From Chloroflexota bacterium (GTDB lineage: Bacteria; Chloroflexota; Limnocylindria; P2-11E): a stretch of 64,000 nt of DNA. A program made the position numbers and the translations under genes. Positions 17,585 through 26,112 of this stretch are shown here, in pieces (position 1 is the stretch's first letter; every line of letters starts with the position of its first letter). The DNA is taken from contig VBDU01000071.1 in the NCBI GenBank assembly GCA_005883625.1, positions 89,439 to 153,438 of the forward strand, given 5' to 3'. The notes beneath the pieces were generated by a model that ran no database searches, was not told where the DNA came from, and saw only the letters and a list, made by a program, of their open reading frames with translations.

Positions 17585-18620
17585 CCCGCCGCGGTCCCAG
17601 GGCGAGCGCCAGCAGCCAGAGCGGCGCGAGCGGCACCCCCGCCTGCTGGACGAGGGCGACGACGACGCCGGATCCGACCCAGAGCGCCGTCGCGCGCGTG
17701 CCAGTCGCCGCCGCCGCGATCGCGGGATAGGCGACGACGCCGTCGTGCAGCAGCGCGTGCGGCGCGGTGAGGAGCGACCAGGGCGAAGCGTCGACCGTCC
17801 GGCTCCTCACGTCGCGAGAGCGGCGGACGATCACGACGGCCGCGATCGCGGCCGCCGCGAGCGTGAGGGCGGCGTTCAATACGGCGTCCGGGCCGAGCCC
17901 GCGCCGCGCGAGCGCGGGAAGCCCGAGCTCGCCGGGGCGGAGCTGCTCGGCGGCGAGCGAGACGAGGAGCGGATAGCGGGCCAGCCCGTCGACGCCCGCC
18001 ACCGCGAGCGAGAGCGTCGCGACGGCGACGAGCGCCGCGGCGAAGCCGGCCGCCGTCCCCCGACGGGTCAGCGCGACGATCGCGAAGAGGGGGAGGAGCT
18101 GCGGCCGGAGGGCCGTCGCGCCGAGGAGCGCGCCGGACCAGAACGGCGGCGCGCGCAGGGCTGCGGCGAGCGCGAGGAGGACGAACGGGGTCGTCTGACC
18201 CTCGACGAGGGCGATGAGCGAGGGCGGGGCGAGGAGCGCGAAGGGGAGCAGGCGGGCACGCTGCTCGGCGGCGGCCAGCGGCGCGAGGAGCGCGGCGGCG
18301 CCCAGGAGCGCGGCGACGCCGAGGGTGAGCATCGCCGCGTACGCAGGCGTGTACGGGAGCGCGCCGAGCGGCGCCATGAGCAGGGCGAGCGCGGGAACGT
18401 TCGGATCGAAGAGGAAGACCGTCCGCTCGGAAAGAATCGCGTGCTCCATGGCGAACTGCGCCGCGGGATCCGTCACCTCACCGCCGTGTCCGGTCGCGAC
18501 GAGGCGCGCGGTGGCGTAGAGCGCGATGAAGTCGTAGCCCGCTGGCTCGGCCGTGTGGACGGCGAACGCGACGAGCCACGCGGCGAGCGCGAGGACGAGC
18601 CCCCTCGCGACGCGCGTCAC
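17571..18620 (-). CDS. polytopic membrane protein, possible GT87/DUF2029-like glycosyltransferase
   Basis: About 349 aa with 9-10 TM helices. The GTG start overlaps the upstream SpoIID stop (GTGA on the minus strand). The family call is tentative. Confidence 0.45.
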   Translation of the reverse strand: MTRVARGLVLALAAWLVAFAVHTAEPAGYDFIALYATARLVATGHGGEVTDPAAQFAMEHAILSERTVFLFDPNVPALALLMAPLGALPYTPAYAAMLTLGVAALLGAAALLAPLAAAEQRARLLPFALLAPPSLIALVEGQTTPFVLLALAAALRAPPFWSGALLGATALRPQLLPLFAIVALTRRGTAAGFAAALVAVATLSLAVAGVDGLARYPLLVSLAAEQLRPGELGLPALARRGLGPDAVLNAALTLAAAAIAAVVIVRRSRDVRSRTVDASPWSLLTAPHALLHDGVVAYPAIAAAATGTRATALWVGSGVVVALVQQAGVPLAPLWLLALALGPRRAIRP

Positions 18621-20122
18621 GCGCCGCCGATGTTCGTGAGCGCGATGCCCAGGTAGTAGTGGGTGAGGATCTCGCTCGCCGAGCGGCCCTGGAGCGCCAT
18701 CCCCTGCGCACCCCATTGCGACATCCCGACGCCGTGGCCGTAGCCCTTGCCCGTGAACACGAACCGCGCCGGGAGGCGGTAGATCCAGCCGACGACGCGG
18801 ATCTCCGACGTCTCCCGATCGGGGTCGATGAGGCGCGTGTAGGCCGGCGCGTCGATCGTGGCGCCGAGCAGCTCCAGCGTGCGGAGCCGCTCGGCGTTCG
18901 TGTACGAGACGAACTCGGTCTCGTCGGCGGGACGGACCGCGACGGTGAAAAGCGTGCTGCGAAGCCCGAAGTAACGCCGCGAGGCATCCTTCCCGATGTC
19001 CCGCGATCCCCCGCTACCGACGATGCGCGCGCCTATGACGCGGCCGGTCTTGGACACGGACGTGATCTCGATCCGCTGCACGTCGCCGACGTTGAGTCCG
19101 CGGACCGCGAGGTAGTCGCGCAGCTGCGGCGCCGTGAGCTCGGTCGTCCACTCCCAGCTCGTGCGACCCCAGGACGATGTCTTCGCGACGTCGTCGGCGG
19201 GCGACGGGACGCTCCGGAGATACGGCAGCGCGCTCGCGTAGACGTTCTCCGAATCCTCCGTGATCCCGCCGGCGTTCGCCGAGTAAAGCGCCTCGATCGC
19301 GCGGCCCTGATACGTGGCGATCACGCCGGCCGTGCGCGCCACGGCCTTCACGGTCGAGGCCGCCTCGCCGCCGACGCCGTCGTACTCCTGGTCGCGCGTG
19401 TCGCCCTCGAGGTCGTACGCGCGGTGCCGCGCGAGGTGGGTGACGAGGTACGTTCGCGCGGCGATCGCCTGCGCCGCGAGCGCCTCCGGCTCCCAGGACG
19501 ACGGCTCCTCGGAGCCGACGACGGACGCGAGGTACTCGGACGTCGGGACCTCGTTCACGACGATCATGTCGCCTTCGTCGTCGAGCGCCAGGTCGAACGT
19601 GCCCCGGAACGCGCGGCCGTCGAAGGTGAGGAAGCCGTCGTCCGTGGCGAAGTGAAGGCCGACGACGCGGTCCGAGGCGATGAGCGGCGTGCCGACGTCG
19701 TCGCGGTCGTTCCGCAGTACCGCGAATTGGAAGGGCACGTTCACGAGCGCGCTCGGCTCTTCGCGCACCGCCTGCCGCGCCTCGCGGAAGAGCCGCGCGC
19801 GGCTCTGCCGCTCCTCAGGCGACAGATCGGTCACGTTCGTGTTCGTCGGCGGCAGATCGATGCCGCCGCCCTCGGCGAGGCGGCGGACGTTCGTTCTCGC
19901 GAGCGTCCGCAGGCCGCCCTGGTACACGACCTCGCCGCTCGCGCGGGTGACGGCGACCGTGCCGGTGGACGAGAGGATCGCGTAGCTCGTCCCGAGCCCC
20001 GCGATGTTCACGCGGACGGCTGCCGGCACCGCGTACCGCGGAGCGGCCGCCGCCTCTCGGGCGAGCGGGAGTCCGGCGATGAGGAGCAGGCCGGAGAGGA
20101 GGACGGGCAGCCGCCGCGTCAT
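18617..20122 (-). CDS. SpoIID/LytB-domain protein (peptidoglycan lytic transglycosylase / amidase enhancer)
   Basis: Signal peptide followed by the SpoIID domain (...YSANAGGITEDSENVY...GHGVGMSQWGAQGMA). Confidence 0.85.
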   Translation of the reverse strand: MTRRLPVLLSGLLLIAGLPLAREAAAAPRYAVPAAVRVNIAGLGTSYAILSSTGTVAVTRASGEVVYQGGLRTLARTNVRRLAEGGGIDLPPTNTNVTDLSPEERQSRARLFREARQAVREEPSALVNVPFQFAVLRNDRDDVGTPLIASDRVVGLHFATDDGFLTFDGRAFRGTFDLALDDEGDMIVVNEVPTSEYLASVVGSEEPSSWEPEALAAQAIAARTYLVTHLARHRAYDLEGDTRDQEYDGVGGEAASTVKAVARTAGVIATYQGRAIEALYSANAGGITEDSENVYASALPYLRSVPSPADDVAKTSSWGRTSWEWTTELTAPQLRDYLAVRGLNVGDVQRIEITSVSKTGRVIGARIVGSGGSRDIGKDASRRYFGLRSTLFTVAVRPADETEFVSYTNAERLRTLELLGATIDAPAYTRLIDPDRETSEIRVVGWIYRLPARFVFTGKGYGHGVGMSQWGAQGMALQGRSASEILTHYYLGIALTNIGGA

Positions 20123-20688
20123 GGCGCCCTCCCGTAGACCTCCGGCTTGAGGACGCCGACGAACGGCAGGTTCCGGTACCGCTCCGCGTAGTCGAGCCCG
20201 TAGCCCACGACGAACTTGTCCGGGATCGCGAATCCGCGATAGTCGATCCGCGCGGGGATCACCCGGCGGGCCGGCTTGTCAAGGAGCACGCAGAGCCGCA
20301 CCGACGCGGGCCGCTGCGCGTGCAGATGCTCGATGACGTACGCGAGCGTGTGCCCGGTGTCGAGGATGTCCTCGACGACGAGCACGTCGCGTCCCTCGAT
20401 CGGGTTCGCGAGGTCCTTCAGGATCCGCACGGCGCCGCTCGTTTCGGTCGAGCTTCCGTACGAGCTGACCTCGAGGAAATCGAGCGCGAGCGGGATCGGC
20501 GTGGCGCGCATGAGGTCCGCGAGGAAGGGAAGCGCGCCTTTGAGGATGCTGACGAAGACCACATCTTTGCCCCGGTAGTCCCGTGCGATCTCCGTGCCGA
20601 GCTCCTTGACCTTCGCCGCGATCTCCTCGGCCGTGAGGAGGATCTCGGCCACGTCGTCGGCGGGGGTGGTGGCGCTCAGCGCGTGCAT
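20119..20688 (-). CDS. hpt: hypoxanthine-guanine phosphoribosyltransferase
   Basis: 189 aa; VLVVEDILDTGHTL is the PRPP-binding motif. ATGA overlap with the downstream gene. Confidence 0.9.
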   Translation of the reverse strand: MHALSATTPADDVAEILLTAEEIAAKVKELGTEIARDYRGKDVVFVSILKGALPFLADLMRATPIPLALDFLEVSSYGSSTETSGAVRILKDLANPIEGRDVLVVEDILDTGHTLAYVIEHLHAQRPASVRLCVLLDKPARRVIPARIDYRGFAIPDKFVVGYGLDYAERYRNLPFVGVLKPEVYGRAP

Positions 20689-20718
20689 CGCGACCCAATT
20701 GTCGCAGCGGCGTGGGGG

Positions 20719-21441
20719 TTACGAAGGGGGCGAAGCCCCCTTCGACCGGATCCACCAGGCGAGCCCACCCGCGGCGAGGACCACGATCGCGACCGCGCCG
20801 CCGACGAGCGGGGCGCCGTCCGTGGGCGCGGGAGGGGACGACGCGCTCGCGCTCGGAGCTGCCGCCGCGACGGCGCTCGCCGAGGGCGTTGCCGTCGCCT
20901 CGGCGCTCGGCGAGGGCGTTGGGCTCGCCGCTGGCGTCCCGGCGACCGAGGGCGCGGCGGTCGTCGGTGCGGCGGTCGCCGTGGGCGCGGGCGTCGCCGG
21001 CGGTGCGGTGCGCGGCGCGGGCGTCGGGGGCGCGGTCGTGGGCGGCGGCGGAGGGGCAGTTGGCGGAGGCGGCGGGGTCGGCGCGGGCGTCGCGGGTCCG
21101 ACGACCGTCACGCTGCCGCGCATCGAGGGGTGTACCGCGCAGTGGTACGCGAACGTCCCCGCGACGGTGAACGTGAACGAGAAGCTCTGGCCGTTCGCGA
21201 GCACCTTGCTGTCCCATGTGCCGTTGTCGGCTGTCGAGGTGTGGAAGATCGCGCTGCCTTCGTTGTTCGTCCAGCGGACCGTGTCGCCGACGTTGATCGT
21301 GATCCCCGCCGGGGCGAACGCGAAGCCGGCGATGGAGACGGCCGAGGTCGCGGCGTCGACGGCGAGCGGCGCCGCGAGGAGGAGGAGCGAGAGCGCGCCG
21401 GCCGCGATCCACGCGACGACGACGGCGGGCCTCACGCGCAT
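20719..21441 (-). CDS. cupredoxin-like (plastocyanin/azurin-type) copper protein with Pro/Thr/Ala-rich linker and C-terminal TM anchor
   Basis: Signal peptide, then FAYHCAVHPSMRG (Cu ligands C, H, M), about 100 aa of PT/PA-rich low complexity, and a C-terminal hydrophobic helix. The longer 406-aa track ORF extension is excluded. Confidence 0.7.
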   Translation of the reverse strand: MRVRPAVVVAWIAAGALSLLLLAAPLAVDAATSAVSIAGFAFAPAGITINVGDTVRWTNNEGSAIFHTSTADNGTWDSKVLANGQSFSFTFTVAGTFAYHCAVHPSMRGSVTVVGPATPAPTPPPPPTAPPPPPTTAPPTPAPRTAPPATPAPTATAAPTTAAPSVAGTPAASPTPSPSAEATATPSASAVAAAAPSASASSPPAPTDGAPLVGGAVAIVVLAAGGLAWWIRSKGASPPS

Positions 21442-21453
21442 ACGATACGGACC

Positions 21454-22167
21454 GTGCCGTTCGCAGCGCTCGGTCGCGAGGCCGAGCGCATCGGGGTGCG
21501 GCTCACGCAGTCGCAGCTCGCGGACTGCGAGCGTTTCGCCGGTCTGCTCATCGAACGCAATACGACGGTGAACCTCACGGCGATCACCGAGCCGCTCGAC
21601 ATCGCTCGGAAACATTTCCTCGACTCCCTCACCGCGCTCGCCGTCCGCCGCTGGACCGGGCGCGAGTGGGTCGTCGACGTGGGCAGCGGCGCGGGCTTCC
21701 CCGGGCTCGCGCTGCGCATCGCGCGACCCGAGCTGCGCTTCACGCTCGTCGAATCGGTCGGCAAGAAGGCACGCTTCCTCGAAGAGGTCGTCGCGACGCT
21801 GGGGCTCACGAATGTCGAGCTGCGCAACGAGCGCGCGGAATCGCTCGCGCGGGAGCGGCGCGAGAGCTACGACGTGGGCACCGCGCGCGCGGTCGGTGCG
21901 CTCGCGGCCGTCGCCGAATATCTCCTGCCGTTCCTCCACGTCGGCGGCGACGCGATCGTCTGGAAGGGCCGCGTCGATGCGGAGCTTCCGGCCGCCCGCC
22001 GCGCGCTCGCCGCCCTCGGCGGCGAGCTCGTCTCCATCACGGCGACCGCGGCGCTCGGCCTCGAGACGGTGCTACCGGGGCGCGCGCTCGTCGTCATGCG
22101 AAAGGTGCGACCGACGCCGCGACGGTACCCGCGCGGTCCCGCCGAGGCGAAGCGCAAGCCGTGGTGA
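21454..22167 (+). CDS. rsmG: 16S rRNA (guanine527-N7)-methyltransferase RsmG
   Basis: LIERNTTVNLTAI...VVDVGSGAGFPGL are GidB-family motifs. GTG 21454 start. Confidence 0.85.
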   Translation: MPFAALGREAERIGVRLTQSQLADCERFAGLLIERNTTVNLTAITEPLDIARKHFLDSLTALAVRRWTGREWVVDVGSGAGFPGLALRIARPELRFTLVESVGKKARFLEEVVATLGLTNVELRNERAESLARERRESYDVGTARAVGALAAVAEYLLPFLHVGGDAIVWKGRVDAELPAARRALAALGGELVSITATAALGLETVLPGRALVVMRKVRPTPRRYPRGPAEAKRKPW

Positions 22168-22865
22168 TCGTCCCCTCGGTCGACGTGCGCGCGCGTCGCG
22201 TGGTCGGACCCCGCGAGACCGCCGACCCGCTCGTGCTCGCGCGGGCGCTCGTCGAGGACGGCGCCGAGGAGCTGCACCTGGTCGATCTCGACGGCGCCGA
22301 GGCCGGCGTCTTCGCGAACGCGACGCTCCTCGCCTCGGTCGCGCGCGCCTGCGGCGTGCCCTGCCGGCTCGCCGGCGGACTGTCCTCGGTGGACGAGGCG
22401 CGCGAGGCGATCGCGAACGGCTTCGCGGGCGTCCTCTTCTCGAGCGCCGTCCTCGGGGACGACGATCTCCTCCGCGATATCGCGCGTCTCGGCGCGGGCG
22501 CGGTCGTCGAGATCGAGTCGCGCGACGGCTTCCTCGCGCCGCGCGGCGGCGACCGCACGCTCGTCGAGGTCGCGACGGGGCGCGGAGTGCTCGCCGCGGC
22601 CCGCGCCGCGGTCCTGGCCGGCGTGCGCGCGCTCTACCTCATCGACCTCTCCGCGGAGGGCGGCCTCGCCGGTCCGCCGCTCGCGCTCGTGGACGCCGTG
22701 CGCGCGGTGGTCGGTCCGGGCATCGCGCTCCACGCGGGCGGCGGGATCCGCGATCTCGACGACGTACGCGCGCTCGCGCGGCGCGGCGTGGCGTCGGCGG
22801 TGATCGGCCGCGCGCTGGCGGAGGGGAAGTTCACGATCCGTCAGGCCAAGACCGTGGCGGCGTGA
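22161..22865 (+). CDS. HisA/HisF-family TIM-barrel protein
   Basis: GTG overlaps the rsmG stop (GTGA). HLVDLDGA...GGGIRDLDDV are HisA/HisF phosphate-binding motifs. Confidence 0.65.
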   Translation: MVIVPSVDVRARRVVGPRETADPLVLARALVEDGAEELHLVDLDGAEAGVFANATLLASVARACGVPCRLAGGLSSVDEAREAIANGFAGVLFSSAVLGDDDLLRDIARLGAGAVVEIESRDGFLAPRGGDRTLVEVATGRGVLAAARAAVLAGVRALYLIDLSAEGGLAGPPLALVDAVRAVVGPGIALHAGGGIRDLDDVRALARRGVASAVIGRALAEGKFTIRQAKTVAA

Positions 22866-23581
22866 AAGTAGCCCTGCTGTCGGACATCCACGCGAACCTC
22901 GTCGCGCTCGAGGCTGTCCTCGCCGCGATGGGTCCGGTCGACGCGCTGTGGGTGACGGGCGACTCCGTCGGCTACGGGCCCGATCCATCCGACGTCCTCG
23001 CGCTCCTTGGCGAGCGGCGGGCGACGCTGGTCGCCGGGAACCACGACCGGGCGGTCGCGACCGGACAGGGCCTCGAGCTGTTCAACCCCATCGCGGCGGC
23101 CGCGGTCCTGGTCCATCGCGAGTGGCTCAAGCCGGAGGAGTGCGACCTGCTCGCGGCGCTACCTGAGACGCTCGAGACCTCCGAGTTCACGCTCTGCCAT
23201 GGCAGCCTGCGCGATCCGCTGTGGGAGTACGTCTTCACGCCGCAGGCCGCGGCGGCGTCCTTCGCGCTCGCGAAGACGGCGCATTGCTGCGCCGGCCACA
23301 CCCACGTGCCCGGGCTGTACCGGCGCACCGCGACCGGCGTCGAGCCCCTGCGCGTCCGCGCCGAGACGCCCTATTCCCTCCTGGATCGGGCGTTCCTGAA
23401 CCCGGGGAGCGTCGGCCAGCCCCGGGACACCGACCCGCGGGCGTCGTACGCCGTGTTGGACCTGGACGACGGCACCGTGACCTTTCATCGTGCGTCCTAT
23501 CAAGTGGGTGAGACGCAGCGCCGGATCCGCGAACGGGGCCTTCCCGCGATCCTCGCGGACCGCCTTGCGTTCGGCATGTGA
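22862..23581 (+). CDS. metallophosphoesterase (YfcE-like calcineurin-fold)
   Basis: GTGA overlap start. LSDIHAN...GDSVGYG...GNHD...GHTH are MPP motifs. Confidence 0.8.
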   Translation: MKVALLSDIHANLVALEAVLAAMGPVDALWVTGDSVGYGPDPSDVLALLGERRATLVAGNHDRAVATGQGLELFNPIAAAAVLVHREWLKPEECDLLAALPETLETSEFTLCHGSLRDPLWEYVFTPQAAAASFALAKTAHCCAGHTHVPGLYRRTATGVEPLRVRAETPYSLLDRAFLNPGSVGQPRDTDPRASYAVLDLDDGTVTFHRASYQVGETQRRIRERGLPAILADRLAFGM

Positions 23582-24053
23582 CTTCATCGCCGTCGCCGTC
23601 CTGCTCGCGGCGTGCGCGGGGAACTCGGCGGTGAGCCCGGCGACGGAGCGCGTCCCGTTCACCGACCACGGCACGACGCAGATGTCGGGCAACGACGCTG
23701 GGCCGCGCGTCGTGGTCGCGACGGATGCACAAAGCGGTGCCGCGCTCGCGTCGCTCCTACCGTCGGTGCCGTCCGCGCCGGACCGCGTCTACATCGGCGT
23801 CTTCGCCGGCTCGCAGCGCACGGGCGGCTACGCGCTAAAAGTCGACGCGATCGAGCGCACCGGCGATCGCCTGACGGTGCGGGCGACGTTCACCGCGCCG
23901 GCGCCGGGCGCGCTCACGATCCAGGTCCTCACCTCGCCGGCGCAGCTCGTGTCGATCCCGAGCGCGAGCGCCGCGAGCGTGCGCGAGGTCGTGCTCGTCG
24001 ATCAATCGGGCGCCGAGCGGGCGCGCGGGAGCGTGACACAATCGCGTCCCTGA
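23490..24053 (+). CDS. putative lipoprotein; start uncertain
   Basis: Hydrophobic segment plus the lipobox LLAAC-AG. The only canonical in-frame start is ATG 23490, which overlaps the upstream gene by 92 nt. Confidence 0.45.
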   Translation: MRPIKWVRRSAGSANGAFPRSSRTALRSACDFIAVAVLLAACAGNSAVSPATERVPFTDHGTTQMSGNDAGPRVVVATDAQSGAALASLLPSVPSAPDRVYIGVFAGSQRTGGYALKVDAIERTGDRLTVRATFTAPAPGALTIQVLTSPAQLVSIPSASAASVREVVLVDQSGAERARGSVTQSRP

Positions 24054-24054
24054 C

Positions 24055-26112
24055 GTGACCGACGAGAAGGGGGACGACGAAGCCCCGCGAATACCGTCCC
24101 TCGAAGAGCGCACCACAAAGTCGGGCCGGCTTCCCGGCAACCGGTACGTCAGGATCCACCACAGCAGCGGGTTCCGCCGGCGCGGCGGTCTCTACGTCGC
24201 CGAGGAGGAGGCGCTCCGCCCCGCGAACGCGGCGGGCCGCGTCTACGACGTGATCCGCCGCATCCTCTTCGGTCGACCCCTTTCGACCGAAGCGGAGGAG
24301 GGTGAGCGTCTCTCCGTCTTGACGGGCCTCGCGATCCTCGGCTCCGACAACATCTCCTCGAGCGCGTACGCGACGGAAGAGGCAATGCGCGTCCTCGCGC
24401 TCGCGGGGATCGGCGCGTTCGTTTTCACGACGCCCATCGCCGTGGCCGTCGTGGGGGTCCTCGCGATCGTCGTGCTCTCCCAGTCCCAGGTGATCCGCGC
24501 GTACCCGAACGGCGGCGGCAGCTACATCGTGACGAGCGACAACCTCGGGACGCTGCCCGGGCTCGTGGCGGCCGCCGCGCTCCTCATCGACTACGTCCTC
24601 ACGGTCGCGGTCTCGACGGCCGCCGGCGTCCAGGCGATCTCGAGCTTCTATCCCGAGCTGCACGCGTACGTCGTGCAGGTCGGGCTCGTGTTCATCGCGC
24701 TTCTCATGATCGGCAACCTCCGCGGCGTGCGCGAGGCCGGGATCATGTTCGCCGGCCCGACGTACGTCTACATCGCGTCGCTCGCGGCGCTCTTGCTCTA
24801 CGGGTTCTTCCGCGTCGCGACGGGCGACGTCCCGCCCGCCGCGCTGCCTCCGCTGCCGTTCGGCACCGAGGGCGAGGTGACGCTCGCGGGTCCGGTCGGC
24901 GCGCTTCTCATCCTGCGCGCGTTCGCCTCGGGATCCGTCGGCCTGACCGGGAGCGAGGCGATCGCGAACGGCGTGCCGAGCATGGAGAAGCCGGAGCCGC
25001 GGAACGCGACGATCACGCTCGTCATCATGGGCATCACGTTCGCCACGATCTTCCTCGGGCTCACGTTCCTCGCGCAGACCATCGGCACGATCCCAGATCG
25101 CTCCGAGGTCGAGACGCTCAACAGCCTGGTCACGCGGTCGCTCGTCGGGATCTCACCCTTCTACTACCTCGTCCAGGGATCGACCGCGATCCTGCTCGCC
25201 CTCGCCGCGAACACCGGGTTCACCGGGTTCCCGCGCCTCGCGTCGGTCCTCGCGAACGATCGCTTCATGCCGCGGCAGTTCGCCTACCGCGGCGAGCGCC
25301 TTGCCTTCTCGTTCGGGATCGTCGCCCTCGCGGTGGTGTCGGGCCTCGTCCTCGCCGCCCGCAACGGCAGCGTGACCGAGCTCATCCCCTTCTACACGAT
25401 CGGCGTGTTCCTCGCCTTCACGCTGTCGCAGAGCGGGCTTGTCCGCCGATGGCGGCGTCTGCGGGTCCACGGCTGGCAATGGCGCACGGGGGTCAACGCG
25501 CTTGGCGCGGTCGTCACCGGCGTCGTGCTCGTCGTCGTGCTGGTCGCGAAGTTCAAGGAGGGTGCCTGGCTCATCCTCGTCGCCGTCCCGCTCATCGTCG
25601 CGCTGCTCCTCGCGATCCACCGCCACTACCGGCAGATGCAGGACGCCCTCGTCATCGAGCGGCTCGACGACGAGGTGGCCGAGCCGAAGCCGCCCATCGT
25701 CATCGTGCCGGTGGGCCGCCTCGACCGCGCCGCCGCGCGGGCGATCGCGTTCGCCCGGTCGATCTCGCCGGCGGTGAAAGCGGTGCACGTCGCGACGAGC
25801 GAGGAGAGCGCCAACGAGTTCCGCGAGCGCTGGGAGCGCTGGAAGGGCAAGGTGCCCCTCGACATCATCGAGTCGCCGTACCGCTCGCTCGTGCCGCCGC
25901 TCCTGCGATACATCGACGACATCGACAAGCGCGACGCGCGTCCGATCACCGTCGTCCTCGCCTCGTTCGTCCCGCACAGCTGGTGGGAGTGGCTGCTACA
26001 CAGCCAGACCGCCCTCCGGCTGAAGGCGTCGCTCCTTTTCCGGCCGAACACGATCGTCGTCGACGTCCCCTACCACTTCGACCACGGGCACGTCCCGGAG
26101 CAGCCCCGATGA
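24055..26112 (+). CDS. APC-superfamily transporter, KimA-like (often annotated amino-acid permease), with USP-like C-terminal cytoplasmic domain
   Basis: 685 aa. GSDNISSSAYATEE...AYPNGGGSY...LIDYVLTVAVS...LAANTGFTGFPRLASVLANDRFMPR...C-terminal IVIVPVGRLDRAA...VHVATSEE...NTIVVDVPYHF. Confidence 0.7.
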   Translation: MTDEKGDDEAPRIPSLEERTTKSGRLPGNRYVRIHHSSGFRRRGGLYVAEEEALRPANAAGRVYDVIRRILFGRPLSTEAEEGERLSVLTGLAILGSDNISSSAYATEEAMRVLALAGIGAFVFTTPIAVAVVGVLAIVVLSQSQVIRAYPNGGGSYIVTSDNLGTLPGLVAAAALLIDYVLTVAVSTAAGVQAISSFYPELHAYVVQVGLVFIALLMIGNLRGVREAGIMFAGPTYVYIASLAALLLYGFFRVATGDVPPAALPPLPFGTEGEVTLAGPVGALLILRAFASGSVGLTGSEAIANGVPSMEKPEPRNATITLVIMGITFATIFLGLTFLAQTIGTIPDRSEVETLNSLVTRSLVGISPFYYLVQGSTAILLALAANTGFTGFPRLASVLANDRFMPRQFAYRGERLAFSFGIVALAVVSGLVLAARNGSVTELIPFYTIGVFLAFTLSQSGLVRRWRRLRVHGWQWRTGVNALGAVVTGVVLVVVLVAKFKEGAWLILVAVPLIVALLLAIHRHYRQMQDALVIERLDDEVAEPKPPIVIVPVGRLDRAAARAIAFARSISPAVKAVHVATSEESANEFRERWERWKGKVPLDIIESPYRSLVPPLLRYIDDIDKRDARPITVVLASFVPHSWWEWLLHSQTALRLKASLLFRPNTIVVDVPYHFDHGHVPEQPR

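Noticed and set aside
20320-21453. Upstream 380 codons of ORF 20320..22167 ahead of rsmG
   Set aside because: RG-rich low complexity that is antisense to hpt and the cupredoxin. rsmG homology begins only at about 21454.
21666-22160. Upstream part of ORFs 21666..22865 and 21812..23581
   Set aside because: Arg-rich extensions overlapping rsmG. The HisA/HisF-like and metallophosphoesterase genes start at the GTGA overlaps.
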